Below are positions 11,470 to 21,495 of a stretch of DNA of 64,000 nt, in pieces (the first letter of the stretch is position 1; every line of letters begins with the position of its first letter). Source of the stretch: an uncultured Acidobacteriota bacterium (GTDB lineage Bacteria > Acidobacteriota > JAQAZP01); NCBI GenBank assembly GCA_963836075.1, contig CAWIIB010000009.1, forward strand, positions 1,376,001 through 1,440,000, written 5' to 3'. The notes beneath the pieces are model-generated. The model was not told the DNA's origin. It ran no database searches and was given only the letters and a program-made list of their open reading frames with translations. The translations under genes were made by a program, and so were the position numbers.

Positions 11470-11919
11470 TTACTTTTTCTTTGCCGGGGCTGCCGGAGCT
11501 TTCTTTGCCGGGGTTGCCGGAGTCGCCGGGGTTGCCGGGGCTGCTCCCTTCTTCAGTTTCTTTTTATTCCCGCCAGGGGCCACGGCAGGTTTGCTGCCAT
11601 CCGCCGCCTTTTTCGCCGCCGCGCCGCCCGATTTCAGCTTCGCATTTTTCGGTCTTGCCACCGGGGCCGTTCCCGCGGCCGTGGTTTTGGCCGGTGCGGC
11701 TTTGGTGGGGGCGGGCTTTGCCGCCGGCGCCGCTCCCTTCAAGGCCTTTTTCTTCTCATCGCCCCCGGCTTTCTTGGCCTCGGCTTTGGCCTTGGCATCG
11801 CCCGTTTCCTCGGACTTTTCCCCGGCCTTTTTCGTTGGCGGGTCGTCAGCTGACTGGGCCATGGCCAGGCCGCCGGCCAGCATCAGTATCACGAACAGCA
11901 TCACAATTTTCTTCAACAT
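11470..11919 (-). CDS. Secreted Ala/Lys/Pro-rich low-complexity protein
   Basis: MLKKIVMLFVILMLAGGLAMA signal peptide followed by KKA/PAT repeats. Confidence 0.65.
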   Translation of the reverse strand: MLKKIVMLFVILMLAGGLAMAQSADDPPTKKAGEKSEETGDAKAKAEAKKAGGDEKKKALKGAAPAAKPAPTKAAPAKTTAAGTAPVARPKNAKLKSGGAAAKKAADGSKPAVAPGGNKKKLKKGAAPATPATPATPAKKAPAAPAKKK

Positions 11920-11998
11920 CTTCGTTCCCTTTCCATGGTTCATTCCTGGTTGATTCGCCATCGGTGACCTGCATTCTCCACCATCGAATCGAATTCAG

Positions 11999-13554
11999 TC
12001 AAATCACCGATTCCATATTCTCGAGCAGTGCATCACCTCCGAGTGAAAAAGCAGCGTGGTTCGATGTGAACACTGGCGGATCACGATGGATGATCCGCCG
12101 GATCGCCGGGTGTTTGCGAAAGGTGCCGTCCAGAAAGCGCCGGATGTCCGGCCGGTCCCAGCCCCTGGGGTGAACAAAATCGTGGTAGAGCGCCAGGTCG
12201 CCCGGGTAGAATTCTCGCAGCTCCAGCCCCTCCATCAACCGGCTGCCCCGCGGCAGGTTGAAGATGGCCAGGTTGAGAAAGGAGATCGCTTCCCGGTGCT
12301 CCAGAATGAAATGCCAGGTCTCCTCCGCCTCGCTCCGGCCCTCCGCCGGTGTACCGAAGAGCAGGTAGAGATACACGGCGATACCGGCTTGACGGAGGTT
12401 TTCCAGGATCCGCGATGCCTCGCCGAGAGCGATTCCCTTGTTCAGGGCATCCAGTACCTGCTGGTTCCCCGACTCCAGGCCCAGCTTGAGCATCAGGCAG
12501 CCGGACCGGGCCAGCTGCCTGCAGAACTCCGGGTCGTCCAGCGGGGCCCCGATCCGGGCAAACCCGTACCACGGGGCGCCGGGGGGGTGATCGGCCAACT
12601 GGCGGAGTATGACCGGCGGCACGGCGTTGTCCAGCAGGTGGATCAGCGAGGGCCCGGTCTCCCGCACCAGCGCCTGCAGCTGCTCCTTCACCGTGCGGCG
12701 GGGCAGCGGTTCGAACCGCCCCCCCTCGAACCGCTCGGGGCAGAAGGTGCAGCGGGTCCACCAACAGCCGGATGACGTGCTGAAGGGGAGGACAAACCCC
12801 GGGCTGAGATACGGCAGGCCGGTGAGATCGCGGTAATCGGGTGACCTGTGCCCGTCCCGTATTTCGAAACCGGCGGCCGCCAGCAGTGCCCCTTCACCCG
12901 GGCCGGCAACCAGCTGGTCCACCAGCTCTTCAAAAGGGTTGGCCCATTGGGGGGACCGCAGCCAGGAGGTGACCAGCCCTCCGCCGAGAATGATCCTCAC
13001 CTCGGGCAGGGCCCGCTTCAGCAGGCCGATCAGGGCGAAGGCGGTGAGCGCCTGGGAGAGGTAGTTGATCGAGATTCCCACCATCGACGGCCTGTCCCGG
13101 TTCACCTGCGGCAGCAACTGCTCGCTGAAATAGCCGAAGTAGGGGTTGCGCTCCGGTTCCCGGGCCGCGGCGAGCAGGTCTGCGGAGCGGACGGGCGATC
13201 GTTGTGCGTCGGTGTAATTGGCCAGCCCGGCGCGTATCCCCTCCTGGCGGCCAGCCAGGGAGAGCAGCCGCTCGAGGTCGGAGACAGCCCGGCCATACCG
13301 GTCGGGGCTGGCGTAGGTATCCGGGGACCGCAGAGCGGCGAGGTGCCGGTGGCGGTGCCGCAGAGCCCGGCGGGACCAGGTGTCGTCCGCCGGTCCCGAT
13401 GTATCGAGCAGCCAGAGCAGTCCCTCCAGGTTGGCGTCGATCACCCGGCAGGGTGCGCCGTGGGCCCGCAGGGCTCCGGCCAGCCGGGCAATGCCGGCCG
13501 GCGGTTCGGAGGGCTTGGCCACCGGTGGGTGGATCAGCAGGATTGATTGGTCAT
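11999..13554 (-). CDS. Radical SAM protein (B12-binding type); N-terminal start appears frameshifted
   Basis: LLIHPP, ILGGG, SSGCWWTRCTFC, LGLESG, YLLFGTP. The ATGA overlap with the acylphosphatase stop at 13551-13554 is one base out of frame. Confidence 0.85.
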
Positions 13555-13820
13555 TGGATACGGAAATCGCTGAACTCCTTGTCTCCGGGCAGATCCTCCA
13601 GATCCACCCGGTCCACCGCGGCCATGGGCGGGCCGTTTTCGGCCCAGCGGAGGAGCTGGTCCACCTGTTCGTCCTCCCCTTCGGCCACCAGCTCCACCCG
13701 GCCGTCCACCAGGTTGCGCACCGTGCCGCACACACCGTACTCCAGGGCTTTCTCCAGCGTGGAGGCCCTGAACCAGACACCTTGCACCCTGCCCGAGATT
13801 AGTGCACGTACTCTCTTCAT
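13551..13820 (-). CDS. acyP: Acylphosphatase
   Basis: ISGRVQGVWFR..GTVRNLVDGRVE..GPP.A.V. Confidence 0.95.
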   Translation of the reverse strand: MKRVRALISGRVQGVWFRASTLEKALEYGVCGTVRNLVDGRVELVAEGEDEQVDQLLRWAENGPPMAAVDRVDLEDLPGDKEFSDFRIQ

Positions 13821-14461
13821 TATTTCTGTTCCGCTACCAGGGTCAGCAGCAGACGCCACGGTCCGGTGCTGCCCATGGCCCCCTGATCGATGCCCAGGCT
13901 CTGGGCCAGCACCTGTCCCTCCGCGGGACGGAAGAACTCCGCCACCACCACCGGGGTGCCCGGTTTCAGCCCCTTGATCCTTTCCATCTCGTGGCTCAGG
14001 ATCAGCGGTGGGTCCCCTTCCTTCCGTTTTCCCCCATCCGGATCAATGAAGCTCAGGTTGTATTCCAGCCCCACGAAGAGCAGGTCATCGGTCTGTTGCA
14101 GCACATGCAGTTCGAACTGCAGCCCGAGGTTCTGATAGCTGTAGCTGATGCGCGGGATCGCCTTGCCCGAGGCGTCCATCCCCTCGGCCGGGTTGAAGGT
14201 GGTGGTGGGGATCGGCGCCTTGGAACCGTAGTGGAAGGAGATCTTCTCCCGCTCGATGCAGCCCAGCTCGATGGTGCGCAGGGTGCGGCCCGGGCCGTCA
14301 CCGGGGGCGTTCACCGCCAGCTGGAAGGTGTATTGCTTGATCGTGCGGCTGCGCGCCGTCTGGTTCCGCCCCTCCTGGGCGGTTGCGGGCAGGGTCAGGG
14401 CCGCGGACAGCAGCAGGGCCAGGCTAAAGGCGGTGATGGTGTTGATCCACCGGGTGCTCAT
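13820..14461 (-). CDS. Secreted hypothetical protein
   Basis: GGAGGA RBS, signal peptide ending ATA-Q, TAATG coupling to acyP. Confidence 0.65.
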   Translation of the reverse strand: MSTRWINTITAFSLALLLSAALTLPATAQEGRNQTARSRTIKQYTFQLAVNAPGDGPGRTLRTIELGCIEREKISFHYGSKAPIPTTTFNPAEGMDASGKAIPRISYSYQNLGLQFELHVLQQTDDLLFVGLEYNLSFIDPDGGKRKEGDPPLILSHEMERIKGLKPGTPVVVAEFFRPAEGQVLAQSLGIDQGAMGSTGPWRLLLTLVAEQK

Positions 14462-14533
14462 CGTATCCTCCATGTCAGTGTGGCCGCGGGCTGTGGTGTT
14501 CACAACCGCTTACGGCGCCGGGCCCCGCGGCGT

Positions 14534-15334
14534 CTAGGGCCGCCGGCAGCGGAAGTACCAGCCGCAGGCGGCGAAACGGGGCAGTTTGTCGGCCAGGGCC
14601 ATGTCCAGCGTCTCCAGCGGCCAGAGCAGGCCGGACCAGCGGCGGCAGAGGGAAAAGGGGAAGACCGGCGCCAGAAAGCACGACCGTCCCTCGGGGGGCA
14701 GAACCTCCAGCCCGTTCTCCTCCAGCAGCGTGACAATGCTGCTGAAGGTGAACTGCTGGATGTGCCGCTCACCCTTGGGGTATGGCGCGGGCACGGGCAG
14801 CCGGTCACGGAGCAGGGGCAGCCGCCCCACGGCCAGCCGCACTTTGCGCAGCAGGTCGGGCGCCAGCCGCAGCGGGTTCCAGCGGTAGGCCAGCAGCTCC
14901 CAGGGGCCGTAGCCGTTGGGCACCGTGATCACCACCAGGCCGCCCGGCTCGGTGAGGGAGACGATCCGCCGCACCATTTGCGCCGGCCGCTCCAGATGTT
15001 CCAGCACTTCGGAACAGATCACCACCGGGTAACGCTCGCCCCCCTCCCAGTCCTCCATGTCGCGGTTGACGAACCGGGCGTGCTCGAAGGGGTTGCGGGC
15101 CCGGGCGGCTTCGGCCTTGGCCCGGTCGATCTCCACCCCCAGCACCGGGAAGCCGGTTTCGGCAAGGGAGAGCGAGACGTTGCCGGTGTTGCAGCCGATC
15201 TCCAGCACGCTCACCGTCTCCGGATCCCGTCCCAGCCGCCCGGCTTCCACCAGTGCCGCCCCGACGATGAAGTCCATCTTCTTCAGGTAGGTCAGGTTGC
15301 GGATCGTGCTGTGGGGGTAGCGCCGGCGGTCCAT
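14534..15334 (-). CDS. Class I SAM-dependent methyltransferase
   Basis: VLEIGCNTG, CSEVLEHL, PGGLVVITVPN. Confidence 0.9.
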   Translation of the reverse strand: MDRRRYPHSTIRNLTYLKKMDFIVGAALVEAGRLGRDPETVSVLEIGCNTGNVSLSLAETGFPVLGVEIDRAKAEAARARNPFEHARFVNRDMEDWEGGERYPVVICSEVLEHLERPAQMVRRIVSLTEPGGLVVITVPNGYGPWELLAYRWNPLRLAPDLLRKVRLAVGRLPLLRDRLPVPAPYPKGERHIQQFTFSSIVTLLEENGLEVLPPEGRSCFLAPVFPFSLCRRWSGLLWPLETLDMALADKLPRFAACGWYFRCRRP

Positions 15335-15612
15335 GGTTCCTCTGTCCGGGGTGCGTCCGCCGCGGGAACCATCCCCGCGGGAGATAGATGGTAACCGCGC
15401 AAGGGTTTACGGGCAAGGGGGATTTGGCCGGTCACAGTTTTACGGGTTGATCTGCATATCAAGTCTTGAAGGGCTCGTTCCCGGCAGCCGGTTTGATCGG
15501 TGCGGTAGGTGTTTTTCGTAACGAAAATTCATTTCAAGCATCTATAATAGGTATGGATGCAACCATATGAACCCCATTTTACCACCACCCGTCTTGCGGG
15601 GAGGAAAATACC

Positions 15613-17143
15613 ATGAACAGCAACAAACATTTTATGAGTATCGTCACGGTGTCGCTGACTCTGGCCCTGCTGGCCCTGGCTTCGCCGCAAGGCGGCGCCC
15701 GGGCCCAGGATCTTTTCCACCCCAAAGTGAGCTACGGGGTGGGATTCGATCCGCGCGATGTGGCGGCTGGAGACCTGAACAACGACGGCCGGCCGGAGCT
15801 GGTATCGGCCAACGAACTCTCCGACGACATCTCGGTGCTGATCAACAATGGTGACGGGACATTCCAGGCTGAAGTCGTCTATGCTGTCGGTGACACGCCG
15901 CGCTCACTGGCCATCGGAAAATTGAACAACGACCCCTATGCTGACGTGATCGTCTCCAACTCGGGGTCGAACACCATTTCGGTCCTCTTCAGCAACGGCG
16001 ACGGGTCGCTGGCCCCGGCGGTGGAATACCCGGTGGGGGCGGAGCCCTGGGGGATCGTCGCCGCCCGCCTGGACGGCGACACTCACCTGGACATCGTCGT
16101 GGTGAACAGGGCAGGCAAGACATTTTCGGGTACTGTTGAACAACGGCGACGGCACGCTCACCATGGCCGGATCGTTCGCCTCCGGCGGGTTTTCCATCAA
16201 TCCCTACTGGGTCAGCGCCGCCGATTTCGACACGGATGGTGACTTGGATATCGCCGTGGTCAAGACCTACTCGAACTATGTCTTCAGCGAAGGGTACGTG
16301 GAGACATTCATCAATGACGGCACCGGCGCCTTCGCTTCGAACCAGCTCTTCGACATCGGCACATCTGCCTCCAGCGCCGTGCCCGCTGACCTGGACGGTG
16401 ACGACGACATCGACCTGGTAGTCTCCGGTGTGGTTCAGAGTTCCTACCAGGTTCGTGTCTTGATCAACAACGGATCCGGCACCTTTGCCGAGGATCCGAG
16501 CTACTCCTCCGGCGCCTCGGGCCGGGCGGCCGGCGGTGATTTCGACGGCGACGGCGATTTCGACGTGGCGGTGGCCACCGCGGGTGTCGGTTCGTCCAGT
16601 ATCTCCATCCTGCTCAACGACGGCTCCGCGGCCTACGGCTACATCGGCGGCGAATCGGCGGGGTCCTATCCCATGGGGGTGGTCACTGCTGATTTCGACG
16701 GGGACAGCGATACCGACATGGCGGTGTCCGTCTGGGGGGAGGATGCGGTGGCCGTGATCCTGAACAGCACTGCCTCGCCCGCTTCCACGGTCTCGGTGAA
16801 CCTGGGCTGCACCCCGGATTCGGGGGTTCTGCCATTCCCGGTCCAGTTCGCGGCCGGGCTGGAGAACCTGACGGCGTCCAGCCGGGTGCTGGCCGGACGG
16901 ATCGACGTGATCCTGGCCGGCGGGGCGGTAATCAGCAATTTCAAGGCCGGCTCCGCCACGCTTCCGCCCCAGGGCAACTTCGGCGTCAGCTGGACCCAGC
17001 AGCTTCCGGCCCGGAGCGCCCTGATCGGTGGCAATCTGTTCACCATTTTCGGCGAGGACGTGACACCGGCGCCTTACAACCAGCCGCCCTATCCGCTGTC
17101 CGGAGACGTGGACAGCGTTTCCTGCACGGTGCTGGGCGAATAG
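15613..17143 (+). pseudogene. Secreted FG-GAP/VCBS repeat protein with a novel C-terminal domain; frameshift at about 16128-16130
   Basis: Signal peptide; repeats of GDxNxDGxxDxxxxN..ISVLxNNGDGTF. Removing one G at TCGGG joins the two ORFs. Confidence 0.8.
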
Positions 17144-17262
17144 ATCCATCGCGACCTGGCGTCGCTCCAGGCTGACAATAATGAAGTCAACGGCGGGGGT
17201 GGCCTGTGTCCGATAGTGGATCAGTAGCAACCGCTCAGCGGGGATCCCAAACGGGCCTTCCC

Positions 17263-17287
17263 GGTTCAAATCCCGTTGGGCTCGCCA
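17263..17287 (+). other. tRNA 3'-end fragment (T-loop to CCA, tRNA-Glu-like), probable att remnant
   Basis: GGTTCAAATCCCGTTGGGCTCGCCA; no matching 5' acceptor, D or anticodon arms upstream. Confidence 0.55.
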
Positions 17288-17380
17288 TTTTATTCTGGCC
17301 TTATATTTCGATTCTAGGATGAAACAAGTCTGCTTCTGGTGGATGACGAGGGATGAAAATGAACGGTCATATGGAATGGT

Positions 17381-17731
17381 CTATTGGCGAGCCTCCAGTT
17401 TGCCAAGAAGCTCCTTCAACTGCTTTCGCAATGAATCCAGTTTCGTTGTGACGACATCCCAGACGACGGTGTAATCCACGGCGAAATAGTCATGGATCAA
17501 CCGGTCACGCATTCCGGCGATCTTCCTCCATTCAATCTCGGGCTGTTGGGAGCGGATCTGCTCAGGTACTTTCTTCGCAGCCTCCCCGATAATTTCGAGG
17601 CTTCGAACGAACGCCCGCTGCAGCGCCGGATTATGCTGGAACCCATCGAAGTCCAAGTTCGGAATCTGGCTTGAGATGAAATCGATTTCATCGATGATGT
17701 GGAGTATGTATTCACGCGGAGACGGGGACAC
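17381..17731 (-). CDS. HEPN/DUF86 (HepT-like) RNase toxin
   Basis: [28 protein letters not shown] (Rx4H plus Y). Confidence 0.92.
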   Translation of the reverse strand: MSPSPREYILHIIDEIDFISSQIPNLDFDGFQHNPALQRAFVRSLEIIGEAAKKVPEQIRSQQPEIEWRKIAGMRDRLIHDYFAVDYTVVWDVVTTKLDSLRKQLKELLGKLEARQ

Positions 17732-18029
17732 GCTCCACCTCGCTGAGAATATGCGGTCCAATGTGGGGGCTTAGCGCTGTTCGGGTCACCAGTTCGACTC
17801 TTCGACCCAGGAGATCCTCGAGAAAGAACGAGAGATCCATGAAATTGTCGAATGTATGCTGATCAGGAGCAAAATCAACGAGCAGGTCGATGTCGCTGGC
17901 CGAAGATTGCCGGCCGGTGACGAACGACCCGAACAGACCGACCTCCGTTACGCCAAATGATCGCAGTGTCTCACCAGCCGCACAGAGGCGTTCTATGACC
18001 TCCGTCTTATCTTTCGCTCGAGCGGTCAT
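17712..18029 (-). CDS. Minimal nucleotidyltransferase (MntA-like) antitoxin
   Basis: [17 protein letters not shown]; overlaps the HEPN gene. Confidence 0.92.
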   Translation of the reverse strand: MTARAKDKTEVIERLCAAGETLRSFGVTEVGLFGSFVTGRQSSASDIDLLVDFAPDQHTFDNFMDLSFFLEDLLGRRVELVTRTALSPHIGPHILSEVERVPVSA

Positions 18030-18139
18030 TCCATGGTCCCTCTGATCGGTGACTCACTCCTCACGAAGCTGATTTCCATTACTCTTCTAACATACAATAT
18101 ATAGAAAGGAACGAATCATTTCCACTTCCGCTGCCTATG

Positions 18140-20224
18140 TCAGAACCGTCCCGCCGCCACGTTGGTTCCGTGGGTCAGGCCCTCGAAGGCATCGATGGCC
18201 ATCCACTCCACCACCTCGCCCTGGAAGTAGCTGAAGACCTTGACCTCGGTATCAGCCTCCGGATCGGGGCCGCGGCCGGCGATCACGTCGTCGAGGCCGT
18301 CGCCGTTGATGTCGGTGCCGGCAAAGACGTTGACCCCGTAGCTCTGGGAACCGGTCAGCCAGGCAAAGAAACTGAAGTCCGACAGGGGAGTGACAGTGTC
18401 GCCGTCGTAGTTCCAGCCGCGGACATGGGGACCGAAAATCGCCCCCGGTCCAGCGCCGGTGACGATCTCGTCGATGCCGTCGCCGTCCACATCACCGCAA
18501 CTGACGTTGACACCATATTTCAGAGTGCCGTAAGCAAAGAAGCTGACACTGGGGATAGCCGAGACCGCAGGGTTGCCGTCGATGTTCCAGCCCCTGACGT
18601 GTGGGCCGTACACTGCACCTGGGCCAGCGCCGGTGACGATCTCGTCGTAACCGTCGCCATCCAAGTCCCCGGCCGATACGTTCACCCCCCACTTGGGTGT
18701 GCCGTAGGCGAAGTAGCTCACCCCAGGATAGGGGGTGACACCGGAAGCGCCGTTGTGAACCCATCCGCGGACGTGGGGACCGAACACCGCACCGGGACCG
18801 GCGCCGGTGATGATCTCATCGCTGCCGTCACCGTTCAGGTCTCCGGTCGCCACATTGACGCCGTATTTGTTCGTACCGTAGGCCAGGAAGTTGAGGCCGG
18901 GGATTGTGCTGCCGTCCTTGCTGAACCCCCGTACATGCGGCCCGTAGATATCGCCGGGCCCGGGGCCGGTCAGGACTTCATCGACGGTGTCCCCATCTAC
19001 GTCACCGCTGGTCACGTTGGTCCCGTAGTGGGTCGGGCCGTAGGCTTTGAACTCGTATTCCAGAAAGCCGCCATGATCCGGGACATAGACGCGAACTGAT
19101 GGATGGTTGTCGTATCCGGGGCCGGGAGAGGCCAGCAGGCGGACCCGCGTAGGGGTGGACGGGTGGTGATACCCCATGTCCCGGACACCGGTGTCCGGTT
19201 CGTGGTCGGTTCGGGTGGTACCGTCGGGGGCCCAGGCCGGGTCGCCGGCGTCGACGCAGGGGCTATCTTCTGCCTGGCCGGACGCGAGCTGGCTCAGATA
19301 CCAGTCTCCTTCAGGCCCTTCGGCAAAGAGCGGATCAGCTTCGATGATCCCGGGACCAGGATCGAGAATGGAGCCATCCTCGATGTACCAGTTCCCTCCA
19401 GAACAGAGGTAGCTATAGCTGAAGCTGTAGGAAGAGCCATAGCCTGCAAGATAGGCTTCGTCGCTCGGCAGGGGGTATTCCAGTTCGGCATCATTGCCCC
19501 AGATGATACAGTTGTCCATCGTCATGCTACCGGAGACATATATCCCACCACCTACGTCAATGCAATAATTCTGGCTGATCGTGCAGCCGTTTGCCGTCGG
19601 GTTCCCGCTTCCGGTGAAAATACCGCCACCACCATCGAAGGCGTCATTTTCCGTCACCAGGCAATTCCGGGCCTCCACCTCACCACTGAGGAACAGACCC
19701 CCGCCGCGATCTGCATAGTTGTCGCGGAAGACGCAGTCGGCGATCAGTCCGCCCGATTCAGAGGTCACATTGCAGCCCCCGCCGTAAAAGGCTCCGTGAT
19801 TGTTGGTGAAGATACATCCGCTGATCAGCGGAGCGGCCCCGTCAATCAGGATGCCGCCGCCTCCCTCCGCATGCCAGGGATCGACAGCGATACCGTTGCG
19901 GATGGTGAAGCCCCGGACCACGGAATCAAGGCCCTCCCCACTGTGGAAGTGGAAACCGCGCCCCTGCGACTCGCAATCGATGATGCAGTTCTGCGGGCCG
20001 TTGAGGGAGCCCACCGTGATCGGCTTGCCGTTGAAGTCGAGGTCACGGTTCCCGGGGCCGGTCCAGACACCATCGGCAACGAGCACCACATCACCGTCCA
20101 CGGCGTCGTCGATCCCCACCTGAATGGTCGGCTGGTCAGCGGGGACGTGGATGACGCCGGCAGTGACGGCTGCGGGTGCAAGACACAGGGTACAGAGCAT
20201 GAAGAGCGCAAGAAGGATTCTCAT
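18140..20224 (-). CDS. Secreted parallel beta-helix protein with C-terminal FG-GAP-like repeat propeller
   Basis: IHVPADQPTIQ..VLVADG.WTG..N, GGG-rich beta-helix repeats, DPLF..SPCVDAG; then ~60-aa repeats AYG..YGVNV..GD.DGDG.DEI.TGAGPG..GPHVRGW. Confidence 0.85.
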   Translation of the reverse strand: MRILLALFMLCTLCLAPAAVTAGVIHVPADQPTIQVGIDDAVDGDVVLVADGVWTGPGNRDLDFNGKPITVGSLNGPQNCIIDCESQGRGFHFHSGEGLDSVVRGFTIRNGIAVDPWHAEGGGGILIDGAAPLISGCIFTNNHGAFYGGGCNVTSESGGLIADCVFRDNYADRGGGLFLSGEVEARNCLVTENDAFDGGGGIFTGSGNPTANGCTISQNYCIDVGGGIYVSGSMTMDNCIIWGNDAELEYPLPSDEAYLAGYGSSYSFSYSYLCSGGNWYIEDGSILDPGPGIIEADPLFAEGPEGDWYLSQLASGQAEDSPCVDAGDPAWAPDGTTRTDHEPDTGVRDMGYHHPSTPTRVRLLASPGPGYDNHPSVRVYVPDHGGFLEYEFKAYGPTHYGTNVTSGDVDGDTVDEVLTGPGPGDIYGPHVRGFSKDGSTIPGLNFLAYGTNKYGVNVATGDLNGDGSDEIITGAGPGAVFGPHVRGWVHNGASGVTPYPGVSYFAYGTPKWGVNVSAGDLDGDGYDEIVTGAGPGAVYGPHVRGWNIDGNPAVSAIPSVSFFAYGTLKYGVNVSCGDVDGDGIDEIVTGAGPGAIFGPHVRGWNYDGDTVTPLSDFSFFAWLTGSQSYGVNVFAGTDINGDGLDDVIAGRGPDPEADTEVKVFSYFQGEVVEWMAIDAFEGLTHGTNVAAGRF

Positions 20225-20758
20225 AGCAAACCTCTGGGTTTGGCTTTCAGCCATCTTGTGACAGTACGGTGAATGGCTCAACTGCTGGTGTACATCGAAA
20301 GTACTGTATTGTCCATGAAAAGCTGGTGCTGCTGTGATCGACCGGTATCTCACCGTCTCGATTGTTCAGATATTCCTGGATCTTAGTCGAAAAGGCAAAC
20401 TGTGGTCTATGAAGGGCGTCCCGCCTTAATGAGGACTAGGGTGCATGGAAAAAGTTCGGGGCCGGGTGTGATGATTGCGATACGGTGTTGATACCGCAGG
20501 ATTGTGCACCAGTGCCGTATGGTGGACGTGACAGGGCGGACCGGGGACAGGCACAGTTGTGATCAGCGCCAGGCGGTTCCAAGGTCAGGAGGTAGTAGGA
20601 GAAACAACCTGGAGGAAGTTTTTCCTAGACTTTCCGGCCGCTGTTGGTGATGCTGACTCAACGGTTTTTCTGAGCAACTCCAGTTCCTTCAGCCACTCCT
20701 CGATCTGGTTCCAACTGGGAGCCACGTGGCTCGCCATTATTATGGGATCGGAGGGTGC

Positions 20759-21484
20759 TCACTCGTCCTCGTGGTCGAAGATGTAGCCCACCGAGCGGAG
20801 GCTCTTGAAGAATAACGGCTTCTTCGGGTCTTCCTCGAAATATTTGCGCAGGCGGACGATGAAGTTGTCCACGGTGCGGGTAGTGCTCCCCCGGGCAAAG
20901 CCCCAGCCGATCTCCAGGATCCGCTGGCGGGAGAGCGGCGTGCCGCGGTTGGCGATAAACAGTTTGAGCAGCTTGGCCTCCTGGTCGGTGAGGGTGATAT
21001 CGCCGGACCGGCAGGTGGCGCTCAGGGTGCCGAAGTCGATGGTGTTGCCGCCGAAGCTGTAGGTGCTCGGGGCGGTCTGCTGGCCGGAGGAAGCCTCGTA
21101 GAGCGAGACCCGGGTCAGCAGCCGGTCCACCCGCAGCAGGAACTCGTCCAGGTCGAAGGGCTTGGAGAGGTAGTCGTCCACGCCGTGACTGAAGCCGGCG
21201 ATGCGGTCATCGGTCTCGCCCCGGGCGGAGAGGATCAGGATCGGCAGCCGCTCGTCCTCGAGGCGGATGTTCTGCAGCACGGTCAGCCCGTCCATCACCG
21301 GCAGCATGATGTCCAGCACTATCAGATGGGGCTGCCACTCCCGCCACGCATTGAGCCCGGATAACCCATCGGTGGCCACCCGCACCTCGTGACCCTTGAG
21401 TGAGAGGTTGAGCTTGAGGCCCTCGGCCATGTGCGCCTCGTCCTCGACGACCAGGATCCTTTTGTTTTGCACGTCTTCGGGCAT
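20759..21484 (-). CDS. OmpR-family response regulator
   Basis: ILVVEDE, LDIMLP, DDYLSKPF, TRTVDNFIVRLR..SVGY. Confidence 0.95.
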   Translation of the reverse strand: MPEDVQNKRILVVEDEAHMAEGLKLNLSLKGHEVRVATDGLSGLNAWREWQPHLIVLDIMLPVMDGLTVLQNIRLEDERLPILILSARGETDDRIAGFSHGVDDYLSKPFDLDEFLLRVDRLLTRVSLYEASSGQQTAPSTYSFGGNTIDFGTLSATCRSGDITLTDQEAKLLKLFIANRGTPLSRQRILEIGWGFARGSTTRTVDNFIVRLRKYFEEDPKKPLFFKSLRSVGYIFDHEDE

Positions 21485-21495
21485 GGTTCTCCTCG

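Noticed and set aside
17200-17290. Complete tRNA gene
   Set aside because: Only the T-loop-to-CCA part is present; no complementary 5' acceptor strand, D arm or anticodon arm.
18300-19050. DGR template/variable repeat pair
   Set aside because: These are in-frame protein repeats without adenine-specific differences, and there is no reverse transcriptase.
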